Part shown: one piece after another, positions 11,325 through 24,322 of the stretch
Numbering within the stretch: position 1 is the stretch's first letter
How the letters are laid out: each line of letters begins with the position of its first letter
Assembly (NCBI GenBank): GCA_040400855.1
Contig: JBBAPJ010000002.1
Location: 21,504-85,503, forward strand
Length of the DNA stretch: 64,000 bases
From: Rubrivivax sp.
Lineage (GTDB): Bacteria; Pseudomonadota; Gammaproteobacteria; Burkholderiales; Burkholderiaceae_C
Reading direction: 5' to 3'
Made by a program: the position numbers and the translations under genes
Notes under the pieces: generated by a model
Told to the model about the DNA's origin: nothing
What the model saw: only the letters and a program-made list of their open reading frames with translations
Databases searched by the model: none

Positions 11325-12560
11325 ATGAAGAAGATCCTCAACCTCATCTTCAACCAGCGCCCCGATGGTCCGCCGGACCTCGACGAGCTCTGGCGTGACT
11401 TCAACCGCAAGCTGTCGGGCCTGTTCGGCGGCAAGGGCAGCGGGCGCCCGCGCGGCGGCGGGGACGCCGGCGGTCCAGGGGGCGGCGGGCCTGGCGGCGA
11501 GTCGCCCTTCCGCCCGGACGCCAAGAGCGCCGGAATCGGAGTGGGCGTGATCGGGGGAGTCGTGCTGCTGGTCTGGTTGGGCAGCGGCGTCTTCATCGTG
11601 CAGGAAGGCCAGCAGGCAGTCGTCACGTCTTTCGGCAAGTTCAGCCACACCTCGGACGCCGGTATCCAGTGGCGGCTGCCGTACCCTTTCCAGGCACACG
11701 AGACGGTGGCGGTGACGCAGCTGCGTTCTGCGCAGGTCGGACGCGACACGGTCGTGCCCACCACCGGGCTGCGTGACTCGTCCATGCTCACGCAGGACGA
11801 GAACATCGTCGACATCCGCTTCACGGTGCAGTACCGGCTCAAGGATGCGCGTGCCTACCTGTTCGAGAACCGCAATCCGGACGAGGCGGTGCAGCAAGCG
11901 GCCGAGTCCTCCGTGCGGGAGATCGTGGGGCGCAGCAACGTCGACCAGGTCCTCTACGAACAGCGTGACGCGATCGCGGTGGACCTGATGAAGTCCCTGC
12001 AGGGGCAGCTCGACCGGCTGAACGCGGGCATCCTCGTGGCCAACGTCAACGTCCAGAACGTGCAGGTTCCCGAGCAGGTCCAGGCGGCCTTCAACGATGC
12101 CGTGAAGGCCGGAGCCGACCGCGATCGCTTCAAGAACGAAGGACAGGCCTACGCGAGCGATGTCATCCCCAAGGCACGCGGCACCGCCTCGCGCCTGAAG
12201 GAGGAGTCCGAGGGCTACCGGTCCCGTGTGGTGGCCCAGGCCGAGGGTGATGCGCAGCGCTTTCGCTCGGTGCTTGCGGAGTACCAGAAGGCACCTGCGG
12301 TCACGCGCGACCGGCTGTACCTCGAGACGATGCAGCAGGTCTTCAGCAACGTCAGCAAGGTCTATGTGGACAGCCGGTCCGGCTCGAGCCTGCTGTACCT
12401 GCCGCTGGACAAGCTGCTGCAGTCCGGGCCCGCAGCGGCGGGCACGGCGCCGGGCGCCGGACAGGGCGGCACGGATGTGCCGACGCCGGCGGCTGCGCCC
12501 GCCCCGGCCGACCCGCGCACGCGTGACAACGCGCGCAGCCGTGACCGCGAAGGCCGCTGA
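11325..12560 (+). CDS. hflK: FtsH protease modulator HflK
   Basis: GPPDLDELWRDF N-terminus, SPFH domain MLTQDENIV, RLYLETM. Confidence 0.95.
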   Translation: MKKILNLIFNQRPDGPPDLDELWRDFNRKLSGLFGGKGSGRPRGGGDAGGPGGGGPGGESPFRPDAKSAGIGVGVIGGVVLLVWLGSGVFIVQEGQQAVVTSFGKFSHTSDAGIQWRLPYPFQAHETVAVTQLRSAQVGRDTVVPTTGLRDSSMLTQDENIVDIRFTVQYRLKDARAYLFENRNPDEAVQQAAESSVREIVGRSNVDQVLYEQRDAIAVDLMKSLQGQLDRLNAGILVANVNVQNVQVPEQVQAAFNDAVKAGADRDRFKNEGQAYASDVIPKARGTASRLKEESEGYRSRVVAQAEGDAQRFRSVLAEYQKAPAVTRDRLYLETMQQVFSNVSKVYVDSRSGSSLLYLPLDKLLQSGPAAAGTAPGAGQGGTDVPTPAAAPAPADPRTRDNARSRDREGR

Positions 12561-12572
12561 GGAGGGCAGGAA

Positions 12573-13478
12573 ATGAACCGCATCGCAATGATCGCTGCCG
12601 GGCTGCTGGCTCTCGTGTTGCTGCTGGGCTCGATGCTCTTCGTGGTCGACCAGCGGCAGGTGGCCGTCATCTACTCCCTGGGAGAAATCAAGGAGGTGGT
12701 GACCGAGCCGGGCCTGAACGTCAAGCTGCCCCCGCCCCTGCAGAACGTCGTCTTCCTGGACAAGCGCGTCCAGACGCTGGACAGCCCGGAGACCCGGCCC
12801 ATCTTCACCGCCGAGAAGAAGAGCCTGGTCATCGACTGGCTGGTGAAGTGGCGCATCAACGAGCCCCGGCAGTTCATCCGCAACAACGGCGTGGACTTCC
12901 GCAACCTCGAGAGCCGCTTGAGCCCCGTCGTGCAGGCTGCCTTCAACGAGGAGGTGACCCGGCGCAATGTTCGCGCCGTGCTCGCCACCGAGCGCGACAA
13001 GGTGATGATGGACGTGCGCAACCGACTGGCCGACGAAGCCAAGGGGTTCGGCATCGAGATCGTGGATGTGCGGATCAAGCGCGTGGACTTCGTGGCAGAC
13101 ATCACCGATTCGGTCTACCGGCGCATGGAGTCCGAACGCAAGCAGGTGGCCAACGAATTGCGCTCCCAGGGCGCGGCCGAGGGTGAGAAGATCCGCGCCG
13201 ACGCCGATCGCCAGCGGGAGGTCATCATCGCGGAGGCCTACCGTGACGCACAGAAGATCAAGGGCGAAGGCGATGCCAAGGCGTCCGCTCTCTACGCCGA
13301 TGCCTTCGGGCGGGATCCGCAGTTCGCCCAGTTCTACCGCAGTCTCGAGGCCTACCGGGCGAGCTTTCGCAACCGCTCGGACATGATGGTCGTGGATCCG
13401 AGCATCGAGTTCTTCCGCGCCATGCGCGGTGGCGGGTCGGCCGCCGGCAGCCCAGCGCCCGCGGCACCCCGCAAGTGA
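12573..13478 (+). CDS. hflC: FtsH protease modulator HflC
   Basis: SPFH domain, RMESER...LRSQG, FYRSLEAY. Confidence 0.95.
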   Translation: MNRIAMIAAGLLALVLLLGSMLFVVDQRQVAVIYSLGEIKEVVTEPGLNVKLPPPLQNVVFLDKRVQTLDSPETRPIFTAEKKSLVIDWLVKWRINEPRQFIRNNGVDFRNLESRLSPVVQAAFNEEVTRRNVRAVLATERDKVMMDVRNRLADEAKGFGIEIVDVRIKRVDFVADITDSVYRRMESERKQVANELRSQGAAEGEKIRADADRQREVIIAEAYRDAQKIKGEGDAKASALYADAFGRDPQFAQFYRSLEAYRASFRNRSDMMVVDPSIEFFRAMRGGGSAAGSPAPAAPRK

Positions 13479-13488
13479 GACCCCAGGC

Positions 13489-13677
13489 GTGCTGGACTGG
13501 CTGCTCGGGGCGCTGGCCCTGATGCTGATTCTCGAAGGGCTGCTCCCGTTCGCGCGTCCGGGGTTGTGGCGCAAGGTCTTCGAGTCGGCGATGCAGCTCA
13601 CCGACGGCCAGATCCGCTTCATCGGCCTGGCCAGCGTGCTGGCGGGGCTCGTCCTGCTGGCCGTGGCCCGCTCCTGA
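13489..13677 (+). CDS. DUF2065 family small membrane protein (YjeT-like)
   Basis: ALALMLILEGLLPF...QIRFIGL; sits after hflC. Confidence 0.85.
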   Translation: MLDWLLGALALMLILEGLLPFARPGLWRKVFESAMQLTDGQIRFIGLASVLAGLVLLAVARS

Positions 13678-13778
13678 GCGGGCGCGGCGCCCGGGCCCTG
13701 GACGCGTCGACACGGGTCCTGCAAACGCCACGGGGCGGCGCCGGTACAATGCGGTTTTCAAAGCGGCCGCTGTTGCCC

Positions 13779-16324
<2,546 letters not shown>

Positions 16325-16335
16325 AAGGCCCGACC

Positions 16336-16857
16336 ATGCTCACCGATGATGGCAAGCACCTCTACGTTTCCTGGGACGAGTACCACCTGCTCATCGAGCG
16401 CCTGGCGCTGAAGGTGGCCGCCACGGGATGGGAGTTCGACCAGATCCTGTGCCTGGCGCGCGGGGGCATGCGCCCCGGGGACGTGCTCTCGCGCGTCTTC
16501 GACCGGCCCCTTGCGATCATGTCCACCAGTTCCTACCGCGCCGACGCAGGCACGATCCAGGGGCGCCTGGACCTGGCCAAGTACATCACCATGCCCAAGG
16601 GAGAACTGGCCGGTCGCGTGCTCCTCGTGGACGACCTGTCAGATTCCGGCGTGACGCTGCGCGCCGTGGTCGACCGGCTGCGTGGCATGCCCGCGATCCG
16701 TGAATTGCGCTCGGCGGTGATCTGGGTCAAGGGTGTGTCGACCTACATCCCCGATTACTACGTGGAGATGCTGCCCACGAGCCCGTGGATACACCAGCCG
16801 TTCGAGGAGTACGACGGACTGAGGCCCGAAGGGTTGGCGCGCAAGTTCGCTGTCTGA
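16336..16857 (+). CDS. Purine (hypoxanthine/guanine/xanthine) phosphoribosyltransferase family protein
   Basis: LARGG and VLLVDDLSDSGVT PRPP-binding loop; follows purA. Confidence 0.88.
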   Translation: MLTDDGKHLYVSWDEYHLLIERLALKVAATGWEFDQILCLARGGMRPGDVLSRVFDRPLAIMSTSSYRADAGTIQGRLDLAKYITMPKGELAGRVLLVDDLSDSGVTLRAVVDRLRGMPAIRELRSAVIWVKGVSTYIPDYYVEMLPTSPWIHQPFEEYDGLRPEGLARKFAV

Positions 16858-16894
16858 GCGCGGATGACCACACGCGCAGCCAGACACCAGAACG

Positions 16895-16920
16895 AAAAAG
16901 GGCCGGCTTCGCCGACCCTT
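16895..16920 (-). terminator. Intrinsic terminator of the tRNA transcript (possibly bidirectional)
   Basis: AAAAAGGGCCGGCTTCGCCGACCCTT forms a hairpin with a U-run on the minus strand. Confidence 0.6.
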
Positions 16921-16970
16921 GCTGACCCGACGGGCGATCCGCCCTTGGAGGTCTCCCCGATGAGGAGACC

Positions 16971-17055
<85 letters not shown>

Positions 17056-17098
17056 TTTCAGGAACCCGGGAGTTTAGCACCAAATACACACCCATTCC

Positions 17099-19387
17099 TT
17101 GTCGCCTGTGTCTGCTTCCTTGACCCCCCCAGCCTCCGCCCCCACCTTGCTGGGCGAATTCACCGGCCGCGTGGAGGGCCACCGTGATGGCCACGGATTC
17201 CTGCGGCGTGACGACGACCAGGCCGTGATCTACCTCGCGCCGGCCGAGATGCGCAGCGTGCTGCATGGCGACCGGGTCCGGGTGCGAGTCGTGCGGCACG
17301 ACCGCAAGGGCCGGCCCGAGGGCCGGGTGCTCGACATCCTCGAGCGCCCGCGCCGCCCGATCATCGGCCGGTTGCTGCTCGAAGGCGGCTCCTGGATCGT
17401 GGCGCCCGAGGACCGCCGCTACGGGCAGGACATCCTCGTCCCGCGCGGCGGGACGGGCAGTGCGGAGGCGGGCCAGGTCGTGGTGGTGGAGCTCACCGAG
17501 GCCCCGTCGCTGCACTCGCAGCCGGTGGGGCGGGTGGTCGAGGTGCTGGGCGAGATGGATGACCCGGGCATCGAGATAGACATCGCCGTGCGCAAGTTCG
17601 GCGTGCCGCACGCCTTCTCAGAGGCCACGCTCGCCCAGGCGCGGGAGCTGCCCGACACGGTGCGGGCCACCGACCGGCGCGGCCGTGTCGACCTGCGAGA
17701 CGTTCCCCTCGTGACCATCGACGGGGAGGACGCGCGCGATTTCGATGATGCCGTCTATTGCGAGCCCCATGTGGAAGGGCGAGGCAAGCGCAGCCTGCGC
17801 GGGTGGCGGCTTGTCGTGGCCATCGCCGATGTCAGCCACTACGTGCGGCCTCGCGAGGCGCTGGACGCCGACGCCTACGCGCGGGCCACCTCCGTCTATT
17901 TCCCGCGCCGCGTCATCCCCATGCTTCCGGAGAAGCTGTCCAACGGGCTGTGCTCGTTGAACCCGCAGGTCGACCGCCTGTGCCTGGCTTGCGACATGGT
18001 GGTCGACGAGTCCGGTGAGATCCGCGCCTACCAGTTCTTTCAGGCAGTGATGCGATCGCACGCCCGGCTGACCTACACCGAGGTGGCAGCCATCCTGGCC
18101 AACACCCGCGGTCCCCAGGCGCAGCAGCGCCCCGACCTGGTCGAGCACCTCGTGCACCTGCATGAGGTGTACCGCGCGCTGCTCAAGCGGCGCGAGGGGC
18201 GAGGGGCGGTGGACTTCGAGACCACCGAGACACAGATCGTGTGCGACGAGTTCGGCCGCATCGAGCGCATCGTGCCGCGCGTGCGAACCGACGCGCACCG
18301 CCTGATCGAGGAGGCCATGCTGGCGGCCAACGAGTGCGCAGCCGACTTCATCAGCCAGGCCCGGCACCCGGCTCTTTACCGTGTGCACGAGGGCCCTACG
18401 CCCGAGAAGCGGGTGGCGCTGCAGGATTACCTTCGGGCGCTCGGCCTGGGCCTGCAGCTGGGCGAGGATCCGTCGCCACGGGACTTCCAGGCCATCGCTG
18501 CCGCCACGCAGGAGCGCCCCGACTCGGCCCAGATCCACCAGATGCTGCTGCGTTCGATGCAGCAGGCCATCTACACGCCCGTGAACGTGGGCCACTTCGG
18601 CCTGGCGTACCCGGCCTACACCCACTTCACGAGCCCGATCCGCCGCTACCCGGACCTGCTCGTGCATCGCGTGATCAAGGCCATCCTCGCAGGGAAGTCC
18701 TACTCGCTCGCACTGCCGGAGGTGGCTGCGCCCGAGTCGTTGCGCGGTGGCGCCACGCGCAAGCGCCCATCCCTGCCGGAAAAGGCCGCCTCGCTCGAGA
18801 GCCTGGCGCTGTGGGAGGCAGCCGGGGCGCACACCAGCGGCTGCGAGCGCCGCGCCGACGAGGCCTCGCGCGATGTCGAGGCCTGGCTGAAGTGCCGATA
18901 CATGCGCGAGCACCTGGGCGAGGAGTACGCGGGCACCGTCAGCACCGTGGCCTCGTTCGGACTGTTCGTCGGGCTGGATACGCTGCACGTGGAGGGGCTG
19001 GTCCACATCACCGAACTCGGCGGCGAGTACTGGCGCTTCGACGAGGTACGGCAGGAGTTGCGGGGCGAGCGCAGCGGGATGCGGTACGGCGTGGGTTCAA
19101 GGGTTCAGGTGCAGGTCAGCCGTGTCGACCTGGATGCGCGCAAGATCGACTTTCGCCTCGTCACGCCTGATCAGGCAGAGCGGATGCTCGCCCGTGGCCG
19201 TGCCGGTCGGCAGGCGGGCACCTCTCCACCTGCCACCGCGCAGGATGAACTGGCCTTGGTGGCAAGCGCCGACCGGTCGGCCAAGGCCGTGAAGAAGCGG
19301 GCCCGGCGCTCGACTGCCGAGTCGCCCCGACGGCCGGCCACCGCAGCCACGAAACGGCCTACGGCCAAGAAGCGGGCTCGCCGCTGA
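17099..19387 (+). CDS. rnr: Ribonuclease R
   Basis: Cold-shock domains, TIDGEDARDFDDA, HFTSPIRRYPDL, S1 domain, basic tail. Start is approximate. Confidence 0.96.
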   Translation: MSPVSASLTPPASAPTLLGEFTGRVEGHRDGHGFLRRDDDQAVIYLAPAEMRSVLHGDRVRVRVVRHDRKGRPEGRVLDILERPRRPIIGRLLLEGGSWIVAPEDRRYGQDILVPRGGTGSAEAGQVVVVELTEAPSLHSQPVGRVVEVLGEMDDPGIEIDIAVRKFGVPHAFSEATLAQARELPDTVRATDRRGRVDLRDVPLVTIDGEDARDFDDAVYCEPHVEGRGKRSLRGWRLVVAIADVSHYVRPREALDADAYARATSVYFPRRVIPMLPEKLSNGLCSLNPQVDRLCLACDMVVDESGEIRAYQFFQAVMRSHARLTYTEVAAILANTRGPQAQQRPDLVEHLVHLHEVYRALLKRREGRGAVDFETTETQIVCDEFGRIERIVPRVRTDAHRLIEEAMLAANECAADFISQARHPALYRVHEGPTPEKRVALQDYLRALGLGLQLGEDPSPRDFQAIAAATQERPDSAQIHQMLLRSMQQAIYTPVNVGHFGLAYPAYTHFTSPIRRYPDLLVHRVIKAILAGKSYSLALPEVAAPESLRGGATRKRPSLPEKAASLESLALWEAAGAHTSGCERRADEASRDVEAWLKCRYMREHLGEEYAGTVSTVASFGLFVGLDTLHVEGLVHITELGGEYWRFDEVRQELRGERSGMRYGVGSRVQVQVSRVDLDARKIDFRLVTPDQAERMLARGRAGRQAGTSPPATAQDELALVASADRSAKAVKKRARRSTAESPRRPATAATKRPTAKKRARR

Positions 19388-20957
19388 GGGGGGCTGCGGG
19401 GCGGATGGATCGCCAGGCTTCGGCCTGATCGGCCATCCGGCCTGCCAGGTGGCCGGCCCGGATCGGGGCGCAGCCCGGGCGCTCCCCGGCCAGGCCGTGC
19501 AGCCAGGCGGAGGCAACGGCGCTGCGCCACCCCTCCTCGACGGGGTTGTCCGCGCCGCCAGCAGGGCAGGCCGCCCACAGCCCTGCGATCCAGCCCGCCA
19601 GGACGTCTCCCGTGCCGCCCACGGCCAGGGAGGAACTGCCGGTGGGGTTGATGACCGGTAGCCTGCCCTCGGATGCGATGACGGTCCCCGAGCCCTTGAG
19701 CACGACGATGGAGCCGAGTTGGCTCGCCAGTGCGCGGGCGGCCCTCAGCCGGTCGGCCTGGACATCGGCCGTTTCACAGCCGAGCAGGCGGGCTGCCTCA
19801 AGGGGATGAGGTGTGAGCACGGTGGCCTGTCCGCGTGCCTGCCGGGCCTGCAGCTGCCGGCGCAGTTGCGCGTCGCGTGACACCGCGTTGAGTGCATCGG
19901 CGTCGAGCACCAGTCGCGCGGTGCGCGCCAGGATCGCGGGCAGCGCCTCGGACACGATCGATCCGCCACCGCATCCACACACTGCCGCTCCCGATTCGAG
20001 GGCATGGCGCCCGGGCAGCCAGGCCTGGGGCGTCCACAGCCACTCGGGATGCCGGGAGTCGGCCAGCGCCACGTCGGGGTCCAGCGGGCTGACGAAGACG
20101 CGCCCAGGCCCAGCTGACAGGGCCCCTTGAGCGGCCAGCCTCAGCGCCCCCCCCATTCCCGGCGCGCCGCCGACCACCAGCACGTCGCCGAAGCTTCCCT
20201 TGTGGCGATCGTGTGCGCGGGGTGCCAGCGCTGCGGTCACATCCGCACCCGAACCAAGCCGCGCCGCGGGGCCGGCAGCAGCTTCACTGGCCTCGCAGCC
20301 GAGCCCGTCGAACCACGCCTGGCCTGCGTGGTCGCGGCCGGCACCCGTGAACAGCCCCGGCTTGAGCGTGAGCAGGCCGAGGGTCGCGTGGGCACAAGCA
20401 GCCTCGCTGCCCAGACGCGCTCCCGTATCGGGGTGGAGCCCAGACGGCAGATCGACCGCCAGGCGGCAGCCCGCCGTGCGGTTGAAGGCCAGGATGGCAG
20501 CGAGCAACGCGCCACCGGGAGGACGGCTGGCCCCCAGGCCGAGGAGCGCGTCTATCGACAGGGGTGGCGCACAGGCGGGAATCTCCGGTCCGATCCGGCA
20601 TCCGGACTCGCGTGCGCGTGCAAGCGCTGCCGTGGATTCGGGCGCAAGCGTACCCGGGTCGGCGACAAGCGTCACCGACACCTCCATCCCGGCCAGGCGC
20701 AGCTCGGCTGCCGCGTGCAGACCGTCGCCCCCATTGCCACCGGGGCCTGCCAGGATCCATGCCTGCCGGGCATGTGGCGCCAGCGCCCGTGCCAGCCGTG
20801 CAACCGACAGGCCGGCGCGCTGCATCAGCGTGCCTGGTGGCAGCGCTGCACGCGCCTGCGCCTCGAGCAGCCGCGTGCCCGCTGTATCCCACAGGGGCCA
20901 GGCGTGGCTGCGATCGACTCGAACGGGAGCGGGGCGGGGGCTGGCGGCACCGGGCAT
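19359..20957 (-). CDS. nnr: Bifunctional NAD(P)H-hydrate epimerase/dehydratase
   Basis: GPGGNGGDG, DALLG, DLPSG (YjeF N-terminal); HKGSFG, DADAL, TPHPLE and GGTGDVLAG (dehydratase). Confidence 0.9.
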   Translation of the reverse strand: MPGAASPRPAPVRVDRSHAWPLWDTAGTRLLEAQARAALPPGTLMQRAGLSVARLARALAPHARQAWILAGPGGNGGDGLHAAAELRLAGMEVSVTLVADPGTLAPESTAALARARESGCRIGPEIPACAPPLSIDALLGLGASRPPGGALLAAILAFNRTAGCRLAVDLPSGLHPDTGARLGSEAACAHATLGLLTLKPGLFTGAGRDHAGQAWFDGLGCEASEAAAGPAARLGSGADVTAALAPRAHDRHKGSFGDVLVVGGAPGMGGALRLAAQGALSAGPGRVFVSPLDPDVALADSRHPEWLWTPQAWLPGRHALESGAAVCGCGGGSIVSEALPAILARTARLVLDADALNAVSRDAQLRRQLQARQARGQATVLTPHPLEAARLLGCETADVQADRLRAARALASQLGSIVVLKGSGTVIASEGRLPVINPTGSSSLAVGGTGDVLAGWIAGLWAACPAGGADNPVEEGWRSAVASAWLHGLAGERPGCAPIRAGHLAGRMADQAEAWRSIRPAAPLSGEPASWP

Positions 20958-21002
20958 GCGACCATTGTGCGACGAGCGCCGCCCGCCGCCACCCAGCCAG
21001 CG

Positions 21003-22274
21003 CTAGCGCATGTGAAGGGGTTCGTAGGGCTCGGGATCGACAACGGGGGGGCGTCCGGCCAAGCGGTCAGCCAGCAGCCTTGCCGAGCCACAGGACAGCG
21101 CCCATCCGCTCGAGCCATGTCCGAGGTTGACCCAGACCCCGTGCACCCTCGTGGCGCCGACCACGGGCGGACCGTCGGGACGCATCGGCCGGGCTCCCTT
21201 CCAGTACTGCGCGCCTGCCAGATCGGCCGAGCCCGGGAACCAGTCATCAAGTACCCGGTGCAGCGTGGCAAGGGCGCGCGGGTGCATCGTGTCGGGGTGG
21301 CCGCCCAACTCGGCACTGCCTGCCACCCGCACGCGCTCGCCCAGCCGCGAGATTGCAACCTTGAAGCGCTCATCCATCAGGCCTGCGCGGGGGCTGGCTG
21401 CCCCGGCAGCCTCCGAGTGCCGCAGCCGGGCCGTGAGCGAATAGCCCCAGACCGGCTCCATCCGCAGCTTCAGGCCCAATGGCGCCAGCAGGTCGCGGGC
21501 CTGGTGTCCCGCGCACAGCACGACCCTGTCGAAAGGCAGCCTGACCATCTCGCTGCCTTCTGAGGCTCCTCGCATCGCCACGTGCAGCTGCGGCCCCGGC
21601 TCGATCGCGCACACCTCGGTGGACAACTGGAACGCGACCCCGCGTTCGGCCAGGCGCTGGCGCAACCCCTGGGCAAACAGTCTGCAGTTTCCCACGGCAG
21701 CCTCCGGCAGGTGGACCCCGGCATGCAGCGGCGTGCCTGCGCTCAGGCCCGGCTCCGCCGCGCGGCATTGCGCCTCGTCGAGCCAGTCGTGGCGCACGCC
21801 GAGCGTGTCCAGCACCGTCAGCGTCGGGCGGTAGCGTTGCGCCTCGCGGCGGGTGCGCAACAGCACCAGGTAGCCGCGCGCATGCTCGAAGGGCAGGTCC
21901 AGGGACTGCGCCAGTTCGGTGAGGCGATCCTGGCTGGCACGCGCCAGGGCATGCAGCGCACGCCTGTGGCGCTCGTAGGTGCTGGCGTTGCAGGCGCGCA
22001 GGTAGCGGGCCAGCCAGGGAAGGGCCAGTGGCCAGCGCCCACCGAAACGTACCGCCGAGTGGCGGGACAGCAGTCCCGCCAGTACCTTGGTGGGCATGCC
22101 CGGCGCCGCCCAAGGCGTGACATAGCCGGGAGCGAGGACGCCCGCGTTCGCGAAGCTCGTGCCGCTGGCCACGGCACCCAGGCGCTCGATCACGGTGACC
22201 TCGTGCCCGTCCAGTGCGAGCTCATGGGCGGTGGTGATGCCGACGATGCCGGCGCCCACGATGGCGATGCGCAT
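21003..22274 (-). CDS. FAD-dependent oxidoreductase, D-amino acid dehydrogenase (DadA)-like
   Basis: [28 protein letters not shown] and NLGHGSSGW motifs. Confidence 0.85.
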   Translation of the reverse strand: MRIAIVGAGIVGITTAHELALDGHEVTVIERLGAVASGTSFANAGVLAPGYVTPWAAPGMPTKVLAGLLSRHSAVRFGGRWPLALPWLARYLRACNASTYERHRRALHALARASQDRLTELAQSLDLPFEHARGYLVLLRTRREAQRYRPTLTVLDTLGVRHDWLDEAQCRAAEPGLSAGTPLHAGVHLPEAAVGNCRLFAQGLRQRLAERGVAFQLSTEVCAIEPGPQLHVAMRGASEGSEMVRLPFDRVVLCAGHQARDLLAPLGLKLRMEPVWGYSLTARLRHSEAAGAASPRAGLMDERFKVAISRLGERVRVAGSAELGGHPDTMHPRALATLHRVLDDWFPGSADLAGAQYWKGARPMRPDGPPVVGATRVHGVWVNLGHGSSGWALSCGSARLLADRLAGRPPVVDPEPYEPLHMR

Positions 22275-22309
22275 GTTGGGGAGGTCTTGCAAGGCCGAAA
22301 CGTCGGCCG

Positions 22310-22318
22310 TGATAAAAT
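22310..22318 (+). promoter_or_regulatory. Extended -10 promoter (TGaTAAAAT) of rpsB-tsf
   Basis: TG-n-TAAAAT about 220 nt upstream of the rpsB ATG. Confidence 0.6.
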
Positions 22319-22324
22319 TCGAAA

Positions 22325-22536
22325 GTTTGCTCGCTCCCGGCGAGCTTCTCCCGCGTCACGTCAGGAGACTCGCCGGGCTGCCCATGCGGGGCAGGGCGTG
22401 GCAAACCACACGCGAACCCGGCCACCGAACGGTGCCCCGGATGCCTTCTCGGCGTGCCGCATCCCTCGGGGGTGGCATCGGTCGGGATGGAGCCGGGGTT
22501 CAGGCCGGGATTCTAGGACCAACCTTCGGAGAAACC
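22325..22536 (+). promoter_or_regulatory. Structured rpsB 5' leader (probable S2 autoregulatory, t44-like element)
   Basis: Several GC-rich stems between the promoter and the GGAG SD; same position as the known rpsB leader. Confidence 0.5.
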
Positions 22537-23280
22537 ATGTCCGTGTCCATGCGCGAAATGCTGGAAGCCGGTGTCCATTTCGGGCACCAGACCCGCTTCT
22601 GGAACCCCAAGATGGCCCCCTACATCTACGGCCATCGCAACAAGATCCACATCATCAACCTCGAGAAGACGCTGCCGCTCTTCAACGAGGCGATGAAGTT
22701 CGTCAGGCAGCTCTCCTCGCGTCGCGGCACGATCCTCGTCGTGGGCACCAAGCGCCAGGCGCGCGAGATGATTGCCCAGGAGGCGCGCCGCTGCGGCATG
22801 CCCTTCGTCGACCAGCGCTGGCTCGGCGGCATGCTGACCAACTTCAAGACCGTGAAGGGGTCGCTGAAGAAGCTCAAGGACATGCAGGCCACCAAGGAGG
22901 CCGGCACCGAGACGATGATCAAGAAAGAAGCGCTGATGTTCGATCGCGAGCTGACCAAGCTCGAGAAGGACATCGGCGGCATCCAGGAGATGGGTGCGCT
23001 GCCGGATGCCCTCTTCGTGATCGACGTCGGGTACCACAAGATCGCGGTGGCCGAGGCCAACAAGCTGGGCATTCCCGTGATCGGCGTGGTCGACTCGAAC
23101 CACAGCCCGGATGGCGTCCAGTACGTGATCCCCGGCAACGACGACTCGGCCAAGGCGGTTGCGCTGTATGCGCGCGCCCTGGCCGACGCGGTGCTCGAGG
23201 GCCGCTCCCAGGCCGTGACCGAGGTCACCGCCGCTGCGGCCGAGGGCGACGAGTTCGTCGAGGTCCGCGAAGAGGCCTGA
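22537..23280 (+). CDS. rpsB: 30S ribosomal protein S2
   Basis: [35 protein letters not shown] and PGNDD motifs. Confidence 0.99.
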   Translation: MSVSMREMLEAGVHFGHQTRFWNPKMAPYIYGHRNKIHIINLEKTLPLFNEAMKFVRQLSSRRGTILVVGTKRQAREMIAQEARRCGMPFVDQRWLGGMLTNFKTVKGSLKKLKDMQATKEAGTETMIKKEALMFDRELTKLEKDIGGIQEMGALPDALFVIDVGYHKIAVAEANKLGIPVIGVVDSNHSPDGVQYVIPGNDDSAKAVALYARALADAVLEGRSQAVTEVTAAAAEGDEFVEVREEA

Positions 23281-23289
23281 GCCCCGCAC

Positions 23290-23329
23290 GGGCGGTGCCG
23301 GGGCCCCGGGGGCCACCGCACCGCCCTTT
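23290..23329 (+). terminator. Hairpin / weak terminator-attenuator between rpsB and tsf
   Basis: GGGCGGTGC...GCACCGCCC stem followed by TTT. Confidence 0.5.
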
Positions 23330-23355
23330 CCACATTCCCGAACGGAGATTCACGG

Positions 23356-24246
23356 ATGGCTGCAATTACCGCAAGCATGGTGGCGGAGCTGCGCGCGAAG
23401 ACCGACGCGCCGATGATGGAGTGCAAGAAGGCCCTGACCGAGGCCGAGGGCGACATGTCGCGCGCGGAGGAGATCCTGCGCGTCAAGCTCGGCAACAAGG
23501 CGGGCAAGGCGGCGGCACGCATCACCGCCGAAGGTGTCGTCTCGGCGAACGTGGCCGGATCCGACGGTGCGCTGGTCGAGATCAACTGCGAGACCGACTT
23601 TGTCTCGAAGAACGAGTCCTTCCTGGCCTTCGCGCAGGGCTGCGCGAAGCTCGTCGCCGTGCACGGGCCGGCCGATGTCGCGGCGCTGTCGGCGCTGCCG
23701 ATGTCCCAAGACGGCTTCGGCCCGACGGTGGAGGACGTGCGCAAGGGCCTGATCGGCAAGATCGGCGAGAACATGACGATCCGGCGCTTCCGGCGCTGGA
23801 GCGGCGGCGGGCAGCTCGCTCACTACCTGCACGGCACCCGCATCGGGGTGGTTGTGGAGTACACGGGTGATGCCGTGGCCGCCAAGGACACCGCCATGCA
23901 CATCGCAGCCATGAAGCCGGTGTCGCTGTCGTCGGGCGAGGTGCCGGCCGAACTCGTCGAACGCGAGCGCCGGGTGGCCGCCGAGAAGGCCGCCGAGTCA
24001 GGCAAGCCCGCCGAGATTGCAGCCCGGATGGTCGAGGGTTCGGTGCAGAAGTTCCTGAAGGAGGTGTCGCTGCTGAACCAGCCCTTCGTGAAGAACGACA
24101 AGCAGACGGTCGAGCAGATGCTCAAGGCTGCCGGTACCGCGGTGAGCGGCTTCACGCTCTACGTGGTGGGCGAGGGCATCGAGAAGAAGACCGACGACTT
24201 CGCCGCCGAGGTTGCGGCACAGGTCGCCGCCGCCAAGGGGGCCTGA
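23356..24246 (+). CDS. tsf: Elongation factor Ts
   Basis: [16 protein letters not shown] and EINCETDFV motifs. Confidence 0.98.
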   Translation: MAAITASMVAELRAKTDAPMMECKKALTEAEGDMSRAEEILRVKLGNKAGKAAARITAEGVVSANVAGSDGALVEINCETDFVSKNESFLAFAQGCAKLVAVHGPADVAALSALPMSQDGFGPTVEDVRKGLIGKIGENMTIRRFRRWSGGGQLAHYLHGTRIGVVVEYTGDAVAAKDTAMHIAAMKPVSLSSGEVPAELVERERRVAAEKAAESGKPAEIAARMVEGSVQKFLKEVSLLNQPFVKNDKQTVEQMLKAAGTAVSGFTLYVVGEGIEKKTDDFAAEVAAQVAAAKGA

Positions 24247-24322
24247 GGGCTGCGCGCCGTCGCCTTCGGGTGGTGGCGCGCCCCCTTACACTTGCACATC
24301 GTCCAACGGGAAGACTGCACGC

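Noticed and set aside
9918-13724. 1268-aa minus-strand ORF over hfq-hflXKC (likewise 7169-9766, 3818-5974, 29742-32066, 38410-40938)
   Set aside because: Antisense shadows of clearly identified genes in GC-rich DNA; no motifs, SD or promoter.
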